A stretch of DNA of 64,000 nucleotides from a virus (taxonomy: Duplodnaviria; Heunggongvirae; Uroviricota; Caudoviricetes): IMG/VR virus record IMGVR_UViG_3300031419_000007; one strand, written 5' to 3'. Shown one piece after another: positions 28,101 to 37,238 of the stretch. Within the stretch, counting starts at the first letter, position 1, and each line of letters starts with the position of its first letter. The notes below the pieces were generated by a model. That model did no database searches. It saw nothing but the letters and a program-made list of their open reading frames with translations, and had not been told where the DNA came from. Made by a program: the position numbers and the translations under genes.

Positions 28101-28556
28101 TTAACCGTAGAACACGTGCTTGCCGATACGGGCAGTGACACGTTTGTTCCAACGGGGGTGCGTACCTTTCTTATGGAAATACTTGGCGCCACCAGTGACG
28201 TCTTTCTTTCGGTACGTTGCCGGGTCGGCGGACCAGGTCCGGACGTCCTTGGCAATCTTACGGGCTTTCTCAAACGCTTCCGGATCGGTGATCTTCCGGT
28301 GGCGATTAGTCCATGAGAACTGGTTCTTCGCGAAGACTACAGATCGCATCGACTCGCCGTACTTACCACTCTTGAGCCGGTTTACAGTGGTGAAGGCTAC
28401 TGCATATTGACCCTTGGTCTTCTCACCTCTCGCTTCAAAGTAAATGTTGCAGGCTAGTGGCTCTTTCGTACAAGTGCTGTCTGCAGAGGCCAAGACGGGC
28501 TTGGCCACTAACAATCCCAGCAAGAGCGAAATAGTCAAAAGACTCTTCATCGTCAC
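28101..28556 (-). CDS. secreted cell-wall hydrolase, SleB/Hydrolase_2-like
   Basis: Signal peptide MTMKSLLTISLLLGLLVAKPVLASA. ACNIYFEARGEKTKGQYAVAFTTVNR is the SleB-family core. Confidence 0.6.
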   Translation of the reverse strand: MTMKSLLTISLLLGLLVAKPVLASADSTCTKEPLACNIYFEARGEKTKGQYAVAFTTVNRLKSGKYGESMRSVVFAKNQFSWTNRHRKITDPEAFEKARKIAKDVRTWSADPATYRKKDVTGGAKYFHKKGTHPRWNKRVTARIGKHVFYG

Positions 28557-28570
28557 CTCACTGTGGAGGC

Positions 28571-28942
28571 CTAAAGACCTCCGATGTTACTACCCAACTC
28601 TGGGTACTTTTCCTCGAGAACCGAGGAGAGGATTCGGTCGTAGAGTTTGATTTCCTCAAGCGTGTACTTGAGTTCGTCTTCCTCCATGACATCGAATCCC
28701 GGAGATGCCCCATTCGTGAGATACAGCGAGTAGCCCAGCGGATGGAGCACCGTCCGATTCAGCAAGTATACCACGCCATTCGCTGCCAGTGCATCCCAGG
28801 AGACAACAGCTCCAGTGGCGTCCACGCAGTGACGGCTCGTGCCATACTTATCCACAGCGATCTCACAGTTGAAATCACTGAGAAGGATGTTCAACTCAGG
28901 AACGAGATCCTGAATACAAGGGGTTTTCCAAGATATCCGCAT
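28571..28942 (-). CDS. hypothetical protein
   Basis: 123 aa ORF. Confidence 0.5.
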   Translation of the reverse strand: MRISWKTPCIQDLVPELNILLSDFNCEIAVDKYGTSRHCVDATGAVVSWDALAANGVVYLLNRTVLHPLGYSLYLTNGASPGFDVMEEDELKYTLEEIKLYDRILSSVLEEKYPELGSNIGGL

Positions 28943-28964
28943 AGTAATTTACCTCTAGGGTATT

Positions 28965-29384
28965 TTACGCGGAGAAAGGTTCGTGCAGCAGCTCAATCAT
29001 CGTGTAGCAGAGCTCGGGCTCGGCTTCCAGTTGTTCCCAGAAGACTTCTGCCTCGATCATGCTCGAGAAGTTGAAAATGTGAGAGGAATCATCGGCCCCA
29101 GAAAATTGGATGGACACGTAGTTGCCCACTGGATATAGGACCGCTTTGACGTACTGAAGTTCATGGCCGGGGAGAATCCATGAGGGGTACCAGTCGTCCG
29201 TGACCGGAAAGAAGCCGACGCGTTCGGCCCAGGTTGATCCGTAGTGTTTAACGAGCCACGGAATCATGTCACCTTTGCCAACACGTCGGGACATCCGTTT
29301 CATACACTCCCTGATTCGTCCCTTATCGTGGCGGGCCATGAGCTTCGCCATTTCGAGGACGGTCAGGGATTTAGGCATGGACAA
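28965..29384 (-). CDS. hypothetical protein
   Basis: 139 aa ORF. Confidence 0.5.
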   Translation of the reverse strand: MSMPKSLTVLEMAKLMARHDKGRIRECMKRMSRRVGKGDMIPWLVKHYGSTWAERVGFFPVTDDWYPSWILPGHELQYVKAVLYPVGNYVSIQFSGADDSSHIFNFSSMIEAEVFWEQLEAEPELCYTMIELLHEPFSA

Positions 29385-29733
29385 CGTCTTGCGCTAACAG
29401 AGCGTCATAACCCGCACGAGCCTCTTCTTCCGAAGTGTACTGCGTGACCGTCGGATTGAACGCATCAGAGATGAACACTTCCCACAGTCCGCCGGTGCAG
29501 GACAGTTGGAGCTTCACGTACTGCTTGCCACCCAGCTCGAACGGCATGTCAAAGCCTTCCGCTGGAACAAATGTACGCTCACACACCGTCATGTCGCTCG
29601 GTGGCGGTTCGGTAGACCAGAAGTTTTCCCCATCCCATTCCTCGAAGGTCTGAGCTGGATCCAGTGAATCTTTCACTTCTTCATATGATGCTTTAGCAAA
29701 GTCTGCGTAAGAGTATTGCATGTCGTTTCCCAT
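29371..29733 (-). CDS. hypothetical acidic protein
   Basis: 120 aa. Long 5' leader with hairpin (29789-29809) and promoter-like motif (29817-29826). Confidence 0.5.
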   Translation of the reverse strand: MGNDMQYSYADFAKASYEEVKDSLDPAQTFEEWDGENFWSTEPPPSDMTVCERTFVPAEGFDMPFELGGKQYVKLQLSCTGGLWEVFISDAFNPTVTQYTSEEEARAGYDALLAQDVVHA

Positions 29734-29826
29734 GTTGAGTCGGGGCGAACCCCTTGTTACAGTCCACCTGAGATTTTATCTCTCCGGTGATTCAACGGGG
29801 CGTAATCCACCCCGTATTCTTATACC

Positions 29827-30702
29827 TTACTTTTGCTTAGGTAAGTCAGGTACTTGCATCAACATCTTCGCATCGCTACCCATGACCGTTGGCAGCAGGC
29901 CGCTCCACTTATCGATCCACAGCATGGTCATAACTTCAGGATTCTTACGTAGAGCATCACCGCGAAGGTTGATCGAGTCGGCTTCAGCCTTAGCCTTGGC
30001 CGTAATAGAGTATGCTTCCGCATCGGCAGCTAGTTTCTTCGATTGGGCTTCACCACGAGCGGTTTCAATCTCTTTGTTCGCTTCCGCAGTACTCTGCTTC
30101 ACTTCCTGCTCACGCTGCAGGGTTTTCTGGTTTGCAGTCACTTTGGCGTTGATGCTCTCGGTAACGGAATCGGGGTAGCCAGGCTTACCAGACCAAGACA
30201 CGCTGATGATCTTGATCCCTGCAGGGTTCATTTCACGTTGCAAATCTTCCAGCACGCCATTCAAGAGCTCGGATTTACCACCGTCGATAAAGCGGTCGGT
30301 ATCCATGAGGTTTGCCCGGCGGACTAAAGAGTCAGAGATTTTCTGATACAGATCCTGATCGGTGATCTCATCGACGCCTTTGCGGTACGTCTGGAAGATG
30401 GTTTTCACTTTAGTTGGATCGATGAGGTACGCCACGCCGACCTGATAGCTGATGAAGGTACCGTCGGACATCTGGAAGTTAAACGGTTTGTCGTACGTCT
30501 TCATTTGCTTGAACGTTGGGAACGTGTACAGATCAGTGTTCCAACCGGTCCACTGACGGCCAACGCCGACCACTTCGCCTACGCCTTTTTCGTCGCCCAG
30601 TTTGTTGACAAGGATGCCAACTTCTCCTGGCTTAACGTACTCACATCCCGTCAAAGTCAGGACGCCAAACATCATCATGAATGCAATAAGAATATTACGC
30701 AT
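29827..30702 (-). CDS. SPFH/Band-7 (prohibitin/HflC-like) lipoprotein
   Basis: Lipobox LTGC after the signal sequence. PGEVGILVNKLG... SPFH core, then a coiled-coil Q/E/A/K-rich C-terminus. Confidence 0.6.
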   Translation of the reverse strand: MRNILIAFMMMFGVLTLTGCEYVKPGEVGILVNKLGDEKGVGEVVGVGRQWTGWNTDLYTFPTFKQMKTYDKPFNFQMSDGTFISYQVGVAYLIDPTKVKTIFQTYRKGVDEITDQDLYQKISDSLVRRANLMDTDRFIDGGKSELLNGVLEDLQREMNPAGIKIISVSWSGKPGYPDSVTESINAKVTANQKTLQREQEVKQSTAEANKEIETARGEAQSKKLAADAEAYSITAKAKAEADSINLRGDALRKNPEVMTMLWIDKWSGLLPTVMGSDAKMLMQVPDLPKQK

Positions 30703-30883
30703 TGAAAGTCTTCCTGTAGTGTTTCAAGAGGTATTTGCCTGCTAAAGCAGGATAGATTAACGCGGATGCAATGCCGATCAGTACCAGAATGGTATCCTTA
30801 GCAGAGACCAAATGTGGCAGTACGCCGCCGTAAAGAAAGAGGGCAATGATCAATGCAATGACAACCCTAATGTAAAAAGCCAT
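30695..30883 (-). CDS. small two-TM membrane protein (NfeD-like partner position)
   Basis: 62 aa hydrophobic ORF immediately upstream of, and overlapping, the SPFH gene. Confidence 0.45.
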   Translation of the reverse strand: MAFYIRVVIALIIALFLYGGVLPHLVSAKDTILVLIGIASALIYPALAGKYLLKHYRKTFNA

Positions 30884-31088
30884 GCTTTTCCCCTAAAAGA
30901 AAGGTCCCGAAGGACCTTACCTCCTGTCAGCCTTTCTTAGGACTTCTCACGACCTGGAACACCAGGTAGGCGGCAACCGCCAGGAGAAGCCCGTCAGAAA
31001 CGACGGACAGTAATTTGCTCGTGAAGTCCACGAACACGGCCAGGAGTGCAAAACCCCCGGCCAACGCCAGTTTGGCCTTAGACGCCAT
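30867..31088 (-). CDS. small membrane protein (uncertain)
   Basis: ATG overlaps the TerB stop (gATGGCGTCTAA). Hydrophobic N-terminal half. Not in the supplied track, and it reads through a terminator-like hairpin, so doubtful. Confidence 0.25.
30891..30918 (-). terminator. UUCG-tetraloop hairpin terminator
   Basis: AAGGUCC-UUCG-GGACCUU then UCUUUUAGGG on the minus strand. Confidence 0.55.
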
Positions 31089-31539
31089 CGACGTAGTCTT
31101 TCAGACGTACGTTGAGGATCTGAGCGATCTTCTCGGCACACTTAACTTCAGCCGGTTCGAAGTCACCGTCAGCATAGGCAACGGTCAGAACAGCGGTCAT
31201 CACTTCATCAGCGTGGCCTGGGTTGTTCTTGACGTCTTTCAGCTCGTCGGTACACTTCTTGTTGCCCATCATGTTGCCCATTTTGTAGAAGCCACATGCT
31301 TTGTCGATCATTTTGCCCAATTCAGCCTGAGGGAAGCCAGCGAAGATGTCGTTGCCTTCCAGCTGCATGTGCAGGTTCTCCAGCTCAGCATCTTCCAGAT
31401 CGCCATCAGCGTGCGCCATCATGACGCAACCGAACACGGTCGCTTCAACCAGGTCTTTATTTTCCAGACGGACGATTTTGGTGTTGGCTGCTGCAGCCGC
31501 TTCGGAGCCTTTGCCTTTCAGGAAAGAGAACATACCCAT
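31078..31539 (-). CDS. TerB-domain protein (tellurite-resistance TerB-like)
   Basis: Two ADGDxxxxE repeats (AHADGDLEDAELENL, AYADGDFEPAEVKCAEKI) typical of TerB. 153 aa. Confidence 0.6.
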   Translation of the reverse strand: MGMFSFLKGKGSEAAAAANTKIVRLENKDLVEATVFGCVMMAHADGDLEDAELENLHMQLEGNDIFAGFPQAELGKMIDKACGFYKMGNMMGNKKCTDELKDVKNNPGHADEVMTAVLTVAYADGDFEPAEVKCAEKIAQILNVRLKDYVDGV

Positions 31540-31615
31540 TTCGTAGTATCCTTTATGAGATTAAGTTGCATGGTAGCACTGTTGCTACACATTAGTTATA
31601 CCAACATACCGTTGA

Positions 31616-32557
31616 TTATTGATAGATTTTCGCAAGAACCATGACACGTGTCAAGGCTTCATCGAGAGAATCGCTGTCATGTAAAGCAATTGCGGTGGTG
31701 TCACTCAGCCGACCGTAGATCGCCCACTGGGTTACCCGTGGATCATGGACCGACACGGCTTCTGTTTCACCGGTCTTCTCATCGACAATAATCCCCGCAA
31801 CGTCGAACGCCGTGTAAACGTCGTCTTCGAACTTCCCGTCACGCAGGCAGTTCCACTCCATCTGGTTCAGCACCGCTTTGAAGAACGTTGCAGAACCCGC
31901 ATGTTCACGAGCTTCAGTGGAGATATGTTCGTCACCGATAACGGTGATCTTATCAACCGGCCAGTTGGTTTTGCGGGATAGCCAGCGAATACGCTCTTTG
32001 GCTGCCGTCAGTAAGGCGATGGAAGAAGGTTCACCCGATAAGATTGCCTCGAAGTTCATCTCCCGATGGTTGTGCAAGTAGACGGCGTTCGCCAGCTGAT
32101 CATCGGTAAGACGACCGAGTGCCAACGTCGTTCTTTCCACATCGGTAAAACGCTTCTCGTGAGGATCGACCTCGTTCTTATCGAACCACGAAGAGGATGT
32201 CGTCTTCGGCGTTACAAATTCGACGATAGGGTTGTGCTTAGAATACAGGCCGATTTCCCAGGAGATGTACGCGTTGGCGTCATCGTAAGGATCAAACTTG
32301 GTTTCGTGGTGACACTTAACCACGTTCTTTTCGAGATCCTGCTTGAACGCTTCGAGGATGGTGTTCAGTTGAACCTGAACTTCTGGGATACGATCAGGCT
32401 TGGCTTCAAACTTCAGGTCCAGAAGCATTTGCTTGACGCGTTCAAAGATACACTCAAGTGTCGGACCGTACAGGTGATAATTCGGTCCAATAGGAGTTTC
32501 CGACCCAATGACGCGGGCGATATCACCTGCAGAAATATCCAGTTTTGCTTTAAACAT
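31616..32557 (-). CDS. hypothetical protein (313 aa)
   Basis: Long ORF; no family recognised. Confidence 0.55.
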   Translation of the reverse strand: MFKAKLDISAGDIARVIGSETPIGPNYHLYGPTLECIFERVKQMLLDLKFEAKPDRIPEVQVQLNTILEAFKQDLEKNVVKCHHETKFDPYDDANAYISWEIGLYSKHNPIVEFVTPKTTSSSWFDKNEVDPHEKRFTDVERTTLALGRLTDDQLANAVYLHNHREMNFEAILSGEPSSIALLTAAKERIRWLSRKTNWPVDKITVIGDEHISTEAREHAGSATFFKAVLNQMEWNCLRDGKFEDDVYTAFDVAGIIVDEKTGETEAVSVHDPRVTQWAIYGRLSDTTAIALHDSDSLDEALTRVMVLAKIYQ

Positions 32558-32632
32558 GATTGATCCTTACGGGATTCTCTCAATCCCGTCTTGTTGAATT
32601 CCAAAGGGTAACGGGCATCCTTGCCTCGGTCG

Positions 32633-33013
32633 TTACAGTTGAATCGCGGCTGACTCCGGATCGGGTTCAAGCTTCCAGTTACAGCTGGCACAGATGTCAT
32701 CGAAGCTGTCGTAGCTCAGGCGGTGAGTGAAAGGGTTCTCTCCGATTTTGTTCAGGATTTGCAGTGGGATGGTTTCCACTTCGGCTTTGTACTTATCGGT
32801 GGCACCCGGATGGGCGGTCATCTTCACTTCCATCATGGCGCGACGAACCTTCATGATTACGTCGTTCTTGGTTTCTCCACGGGCAATGAAGATCAGGGAA
32901 GTGTGCTTCCGCTTCTGGTAGTGAACCGTGTCTGACTGCTCTGCACGGACACTCGGGTTGATAGCACCCATTTGGCTGATGCCACCGTTAATGACTAAGC
33001 GACCTTTATACAT
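32633..33013 (-). CDS. hypothetical protein
   Basis: 126 aa ORF. Confidence 0.5.
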   Translation of the reverse strand: MYKGRLVINGGISQMGAINPSVRAEQSDTVHYQKRKHTSLIFIARGETKNDVIMKVRRAMMEVKMTAHPGATDKYKAEVETIPLQILNKIGENPFTHRLSYDSFDDICASCNWKLEPDPESAAIQL

Positions 33014-33034
33014 GGGGATTCCTCATTTCAGCAA

Positions 33035-33301
33035 TTAAGATCCAAATACGTTTTGATGGATGATACGGCGTATTTCAGGTTGGTATTTTTCAGGCAGACG
33101 GGTCCGAACGTCAGTGGCTTCCCGTTTAACTTTGCTGTACAGCTCGATGGGCGTCATGCCTAAAGCGTCAGCTAACTCCTCGACATCCTGACAGCCCGAG
33201 TCAAAGTACTCCCGGACTATGTTGTCGTAAGAAGGGGTTTTGGCGGGTTTACGGAAAAGGAATCTAAGTCGGCGGAAGAAATGTCCCAGACGAGAATGCA
33301 T
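33035..33301 (-). CDS. hypothetical protein
   Basis: 88 aa ORF. Confidence 0.45.
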   Translation of the reverse strand: MHSRLGHFFRRLRFLFRKPAKTPSYDNIVREYFDSGCQDVEELADALGMTPIELYSKVKREATDVRTRLPEKYQPEIRRIIHQNVFGS

Positions 33302-33540
33302 TGGAGAAGCTCCTCTCGGTGGTGATACTTGAAGTGGTGGATAGCGTGCAGGGTTCTCACCCGCAGTAATTCGTACTCAGGAGGAACATCACAGGCCCGC
33401 AGGTAGTCTGCCATCTTTTGGCGGCATTCCTTCTCGGTACCGGTGGTGATCACTTCCTCAAAGGGTGCTTTATCGTTAGGCGTCCGGTAACGCCTTAACG
33501 TCGCTCTGCAGCGAATGCCTTTTAACGCGTCGGGCATGTC
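33217..33540 (-). CDS. hypothetical protein
   Basis: Start MPDALKG with AAGGAA RBS. The track gives a longer N-terminal extension. Confidence 0.4.
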   Translation of the reverse strand, partial: DMPDALKGIRCRATLRRYRTPNDKAPFEEVITTGTEKECRQKMADYLRACDVPPEYELLRVRTLHAIHHFKYHHREELLQCILVWDISSADLDSFSVNPPKPLLTTT

Positions 33541-33709
33541 GGTGTTCCTTCTTGATTCCTTCGGAACGGGCACGCTTGGAGCGGTTGCTCCGGTAGGTGT
33601 CCGCGGGGTACTTATCGTGGCCCGGGCAGCAGTGACCAGGACGACAAACATCTTCAATCTCACGCCGCATAGGGCCTCCGATAAAAAGCCCACCGGAGTG
33701 GGCTCAGGG

Positions 33710-34051
33710 TTAGACCGTGATGGTCTTGTCGTACACGTTGAATGGCGGCACGTTGTACACTTTCCAGGAACCGTTAATGTCCCCAGTGATGTCAAAGTGC
33801 TGATGAGAACGGTCCTTCAGGCCCGCAATCACTTGGTTCACCATCTCCTGGCCAACCAGCACCATCGCCTTCTTCTTCGGCGTGGCCGGAAGCAGACGGA
33901 TAGTCCCGAGCGCTAAGATTGCCGCTTCTGCCATGGCGCCGAGGTCGTTACCGCGGAACTCCAGCGTTACGCCAGCTTTCTCAACTTGGTCTTCCAGTTT
34001 GAACAGCAGGTCAGACCCGCCGCTCAGTGTCAGTGTGCAAATGTGATTCAT
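33710..34051 (-). CDS. hypothetical protein
   Basis: 113 aa ORF. Confidence 0.5.
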   Translation of the reverse strand: MNHICTLTLSGGSDLLFKLEDQVEKAGVTLEFRGNDLGAMAEAAILALGTIRLLPATPKKKAMVLVGQEMVNQVIAGLKDRSHQHFDITGDINGSWKVYNVPPFNVYDKTITV

Positions 34052-34430
34052 GTGATACCTCTTGTAGGAAAGTCGTATTATGAACTACGTAGAGCAGATA
34101 CGCAATCCAGTTAACCCGAACCTCGCCTTCCGGCTTTGTCTTGAAGAAGCGTTCATACTCTTCATCCCAATCCAAAGTGTCGTCAGCAGGGAACGGTACA
34201 GAATAATGCCTACGAGAGTTTATATCAGCAATCACTTCCTCACGTGACATTGCAAGCTCACGCTCACTGGGAATCAGCAGGCCATCCAAGTGAGTATCCT
34301 GGTTAGTCGGCGTCGCCTCAGTCACATTGCCCGTGTTCAGGTCGTGACGTCGTTTGAGAAATGCCACCACGGCTTCCTTGGAGTAGCCCAGGAAGAAACC
34401 GGTGGAGGTGAAATACAGTAAATCGTTCAT
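34011..34430 (-). CDS. hypothetical protein
   Basis: Start MNDLLYF. Confidence 0.45.
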   Translation of the reverse strand: MNDLLYFTSTGFFLGYSKEAVVAFLKRRHDLNTGNVTEATPTNQDTHLDGLLIPSERELAMSREEVIADINSRRHYSVPFPADDTLDWDEEYERFFKTKPEGEVRVNWIAYLLYVVHNTTFLQEVSHESHLHTDTERRV

Positions 34431-34690
34431 ATGCCTTTCCACGTTACAGTGATGGTACTTACGCTATGCCGATAAGGGTACTCGCCGGCCTCCAAGGCCG
34501 CTAAGCAATGGGAGATGCACATACCGATAAAGGCGTCGTCTTTGGTGTCCACTTGACGAAGTATCCTTTCGATTTGCTCACTGACTTCTTTCTTATCACC
34601 ACAAAGGTCAATCGAGAAGTGGTTGGTTGAGAAGTTCATTACAGTGAAGGCGTGGCCCTTCTTGTCTTTGATGAGTAATCGAGTGGTCAT
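34427..34690 (-). CDS. hypothetical protein
   Basis: 87 aa ORF. Confidence 0.45.
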   Translation of the reverse strand: MTTRLLIKDKKGHAFTVMNFSTNHFSIDLCGDKKEVSEQIERILRQVDTKDDAFIGMCISHCLAALEAGEYPYRHSVSTITVTWKGI

Positions 34691-34715
34691 TAGGCTTCCT
34701 GATTAACAACGAGGG

Positions 34716-35075
34716 TCATGCGTAGGTCCTCTGGTCGAAGAATGTCTGCAAGTGACGATAGTGGTCCGCAGCAGACGGGAAGGTTACAGGAGGTTCCGGT
34801 TCGATAACCGGAGGTTTAGCGACAGATTCTGCCTGCAAAACTATCCGAGTGGTTTGGTTCTCAACGAGAAACAGTTTTCCATCTCCCGGGAATAGCTTTA
34901 AGAAGTTGTCGATGACTTCCACTGTTCGTTGAATGTCCTGACGGCTTCCCTTGATCATTACGTGCTGTAAGAAATCCGGGACGAGCGACAGGTCGTTAAC
35001 TATAACTTCCTTGATATTGCTGTGCTTGGAGGTTCTGAAGGTGACACGATCGGATGAGAGAAAGAGTTTATGCAT
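34716..35075 (-). CDS. hypothetical protein
   Basis: 119 aa. Promoter-like motif ttccttatacc at 35104-35114. Confidence 0.5.
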   Translation of the reverse strand: MHKLFLSSDRVTFRTSKHSNIKEVIVNDLSLVPDFLQHVMIKGSRQDIQRTVEVIDNFLKLFPGDGKLFLVENQTTRIVLQAESVAKPPVIEPEPPVTFPSAADHYRHLQTFFDQRTYA

Positions 35076-35136
35076 GAGGGGTAATTCCTCTGTGGTTTAC
35101 AGATTCCTTATACCCGAATGAGAAGCTAAAAAAGAA

Positions 35137-35212
35137 TGGTGCCGCGGGATGGGCTCGAACCATCGACCTGGGGATTAAGAGTCCCTCGCTCTGCCAACTG
35201 AGCTACCACGGC
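35137..35212 (-). tRNA. tRNA-Lys (anticodon CUU)
   Basis: Hand-folded cloverleaf GCCGTGG...GGTTCGAGCC...ACCA with anticodon loop CTCTTAA. CCA encoded. Confidence 0.6.
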
Positions 35213-35213
35213 G

Positions 35214-35289
35214 TGGTACACCATACGAGGTTCGAACTCGTGTTCCTGCCGTGAAAGGGCAGTGTCCTGGACCGCTAGACGAATGGTGC
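35214..35289 (-). tRNA. tRNA-Glu (anticodon UUC)
   Basis: Close to E. coli tRNA-Glu: TTCGTCTAG...CCCTTTCACGG anticodon arm and TTCGAACC T-loop. Confidence 0.75.
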
Positions 35290-35291
35290 AA

Positions 35292-35366
35292 TGGTGGGTA
35301 AAGCTGGATTCGAACCAGCGACCTCTCGATTATCGGTCGAGTGCACTACCGCTGTGCTATTCACCC
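35292..35366 (-). tRNA. tRNA-Ile (anticodon GAU)
   Basis: Anticodon stem-loop CTCGACCGATAATCGAG. TTCGAATCC T-arm. CCA encoded. Confidence 0.7.
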
Positions 35367-35411
35367 TAAAAAGCAGAGATAGGTTAACCCAGTCTCTGCT
35401 CCCTGTCAAGT

Positions 35412-36203
35412 TTACTTCAAAACTTTCATTCCGTGTTGATCAGCGATGAACTCATCTTTGCGGACAATGATTTCGTCAATCCAAATTTTGGTGCCATCCT
35501 GATATTCCCGCCAGTGACCGGCCCGTAGATGGGGCGAACGGACAATATCTGTTGGATTATCACGAGGGTTAGTTATCTGTTTGACCGGACCCAGAGTTAA
35601 CGTTGATGCATTACTGATTTGTCCTCGGGCCTGCATAGGCTTCGGCGGGTTAAGCGTGATTTGCTCACGACCACGAGTATTCCATGCGTACAGCAGAGCA
35701 CTGGCAATAGGGACGATATCCAGCATGCACTCACGCATTCCTTGCTTCATCATCTGCAGCTCATCTTGATGATAATAACCTTGCGTCGTCAAGTTGAACC
35801 GGATGATACGGAGTTCGTTATCGAATACTACCGCCAGATTAGCCTGGATTGTCGGAGTGCTCCAGGGAATGAAGATCATAGGGAAGGAACCATAAGCGGG
35901 TCCCGTGCGGGTCAAGACGAAAGCTCGGAACTGCCCCGTCATTTCATCCTGGACAGTCACTTGCATTTCTTCAGAAGGCATCACTAAGAAAGGTGACGGC
36001 TCCAGACGGTGCATGTTTATAGGGTTATGCAATACGCCATGGTGGGCGAGCATAGCGGGTGGAATGAGCATCCCGGGATCTGCCGGCGAGTAAAAGCCGA
36101 GCGTATCAAAGAGGGATATCAATGGGGCTCGGAAATACTGCTGAGAGTATCCGTCTACGTGGATAAGGGATGCCGCTTGGTCGGTGTTTAAGTAAAGGTG
36201 CAT
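35412..36203 (-). CDS. hypothetical protein (263 aa)
   Basis: Start MHLYLNTDQA with GAGGAG RBS. Promoter-like motif at 36229-36238. Confidence 0.5.
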   Translation of the reverse strand: MHLYLNTDQAASLIHVDGYSQQYFRAPLISLFDTLGFYSPADPGMLIPPAMLAHHGVLHNPINMHRLEPSPFLVMPSEEMQVTVQDEMTGQFRAFVLTRTGPAYGSFPMIFIPWSTPTIQANLAVVFDNELRIIRFNLTTQGYYHQDELQMMKQGMRECMLDIVPIASALLYAWNTRGREQITLNPPKPMQARGQISNASTLTLGPVKQITNPRDNPTDIVRSPHLRAGHWREYQDGTKIWIDEIIVRKDEFIADQHGMKVLK

Positions 36204-36228
36204 AGTGATTCTCCTCTTTGTATGCACC

Positions 36229-36238
36229 TTTCTTATAC
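36229..36238 (-). promoter_or_regulatory. promoter-like motif GGTATAAGAA
   Basis: 26 nt upstream of the ATG at 36203. Confidence 0.4.
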
Positions 36239-36241
36239 CCT

Positions 36242-36442
36242 TTAGAGATCGACTTTCAGGACGTTCTCGTAGTAACGCTTGGCGCCTTGCCAAGTGCTAA
36301 TAGACTTCGAGTGGCCTACCAGCGGTTCGAGCACGACCATCTTCTTCCCGAGCGACTTCACCCGGCCGAGCTGGAGTTCCGCCCCGACCGGAGATGCCAC
36401 AATGTCACCAATCTCAAGCTTACGGTTCATCATGTCATACAT
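36242..36442 (-). CDS. KOW-like mini-protein, tandem paralog 1
   Basis: 66 aa. M..D..G..IGDxV...G motif shared by six adjacent ORFs; resembles the KOW motif of ribosomal L24 and NusG. Confidence 0.45.
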   Translation of the reverse strand: MYDMMNRKLEIGDIVASPVGAELQLGRVKSLGKKMVVLEPLVGHSKSISTWQGAKRYYENVLKVDL

Positions 36443-36632
36443 AGTCGGGCTCCTTCAGGATATCACGGGTGTATTTCTCGGTTTCACGCTTGCCGTCAGT
36501 CATGACGACGGCCTTACGGTCAGGATCTTCACCTTTAAAGCCGGTGATTTGGCCACGACGTAAACCACGGTCGTTGATCGAGGTGATGATGACCCGATCG
36601 CCGATACAAAGAGTGTTGCCTAAAAAATCAAG
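36435..36632 (-). CDS. KOW-like mini-protein, tandem paralog 2
   Basis: MLDFLGNTLCIGDRVIITS... GGAG RBS. Confidence 0.45.
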   Translation of the reverse strand, partial: LDFLGNTLCIGDRVIITSINDRGLRRGQITGFKGEDPDRKAVVMTDGKRETEKYTRDILKEPDYV

Positions 36633-36822
36633 CATTGAATTTCTCCACGATGGCAACCTGAGAAGAAGTCTTTAATACGGAGCCTGCGTGATCCAACGCT
36701 TGAATACGGATCATGCGGGAAGTGATTGCGACGACCCTGCCGTGGCGAAGATCTGCATAGCGACTGTGGGAATAAACCACGCGATCACCCACGTCGATTT
36801 CTTTACCTAAGGAATCACGCAT
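36628..36822 (-). CDS. KOW-like mini-protein, tandem paralog 3
   Basis: MRDSLGKEIDVGDRVVYSHS... Confidence 0.45.
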   Translation of the reverse strand: MRDSLGKEIDVGDRVVYSHSRYADLRHGRVVAITSRMIRIQALDHAGSVLKTSSQVAIVEKFNA

Positions 36823-37045
36823 CGATGTTCACCTTCACAAAACGGTCAGGGCCACCAGTCCAAGTGGAATTGCTGCCAGGAAGGCGAACACGGATCTTGG
36901 TTTTGGTAAACTCCACGACTTCGGCCACGGCCAGACGACCGGACGCAGACGCTGAGTACATTACCAGATCGCCAGCCATCAAAGGCTGATTGATGGCGTC
37001 ATGACGGGGGTCTACAATGTTCAAACGCTGATTATAGGGATCCAT
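36815..37045 (-). CDS. KOW-like mini-protein, tandem paralog 4
   Basis: Start MDPYNQRLNIVDP... with GGAG RBS, then MAGDLVMYSAS. Confidence 0.45.
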   Translation of the reverse strand: MDPYNQRLNIVDPRHDAINQPLMAGDLVMYSASASGRLAVAEVVEFTKTKIRVRLPGSNSTWTGGPDRFVKVNIDA

Positions 37046-37238
37046 GGGCTTTCTCCACGAGGGCAACTTGAGAAGCGTGACGACGAACTTTCTTGTTCGC
37101 AGCGTGCGGCTCTTCAATGAGAACACGGCAACCGTTAGGGGCCACCGCAATGACTTTACCAGTAACGATATCGCCACCGCACCAACCGGTCGCGACCACG
37201 TCGTTCAGGCCGACGGGCTTGCCATTACAATCCTTCAT
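37032..37238 (-). CDS. KOW-like mini-protein, tandem paralog 5
   Basis: MKDCNGKPVGLNDVVATGW... Confidence 0.45.
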   Translation of the reverse strand: MKDCNGKPVGLNDVVATGWCGGDIVTGKVIAVAPNGCRVLIEEPHAANKKVRRHASQVALVEKAHGSL

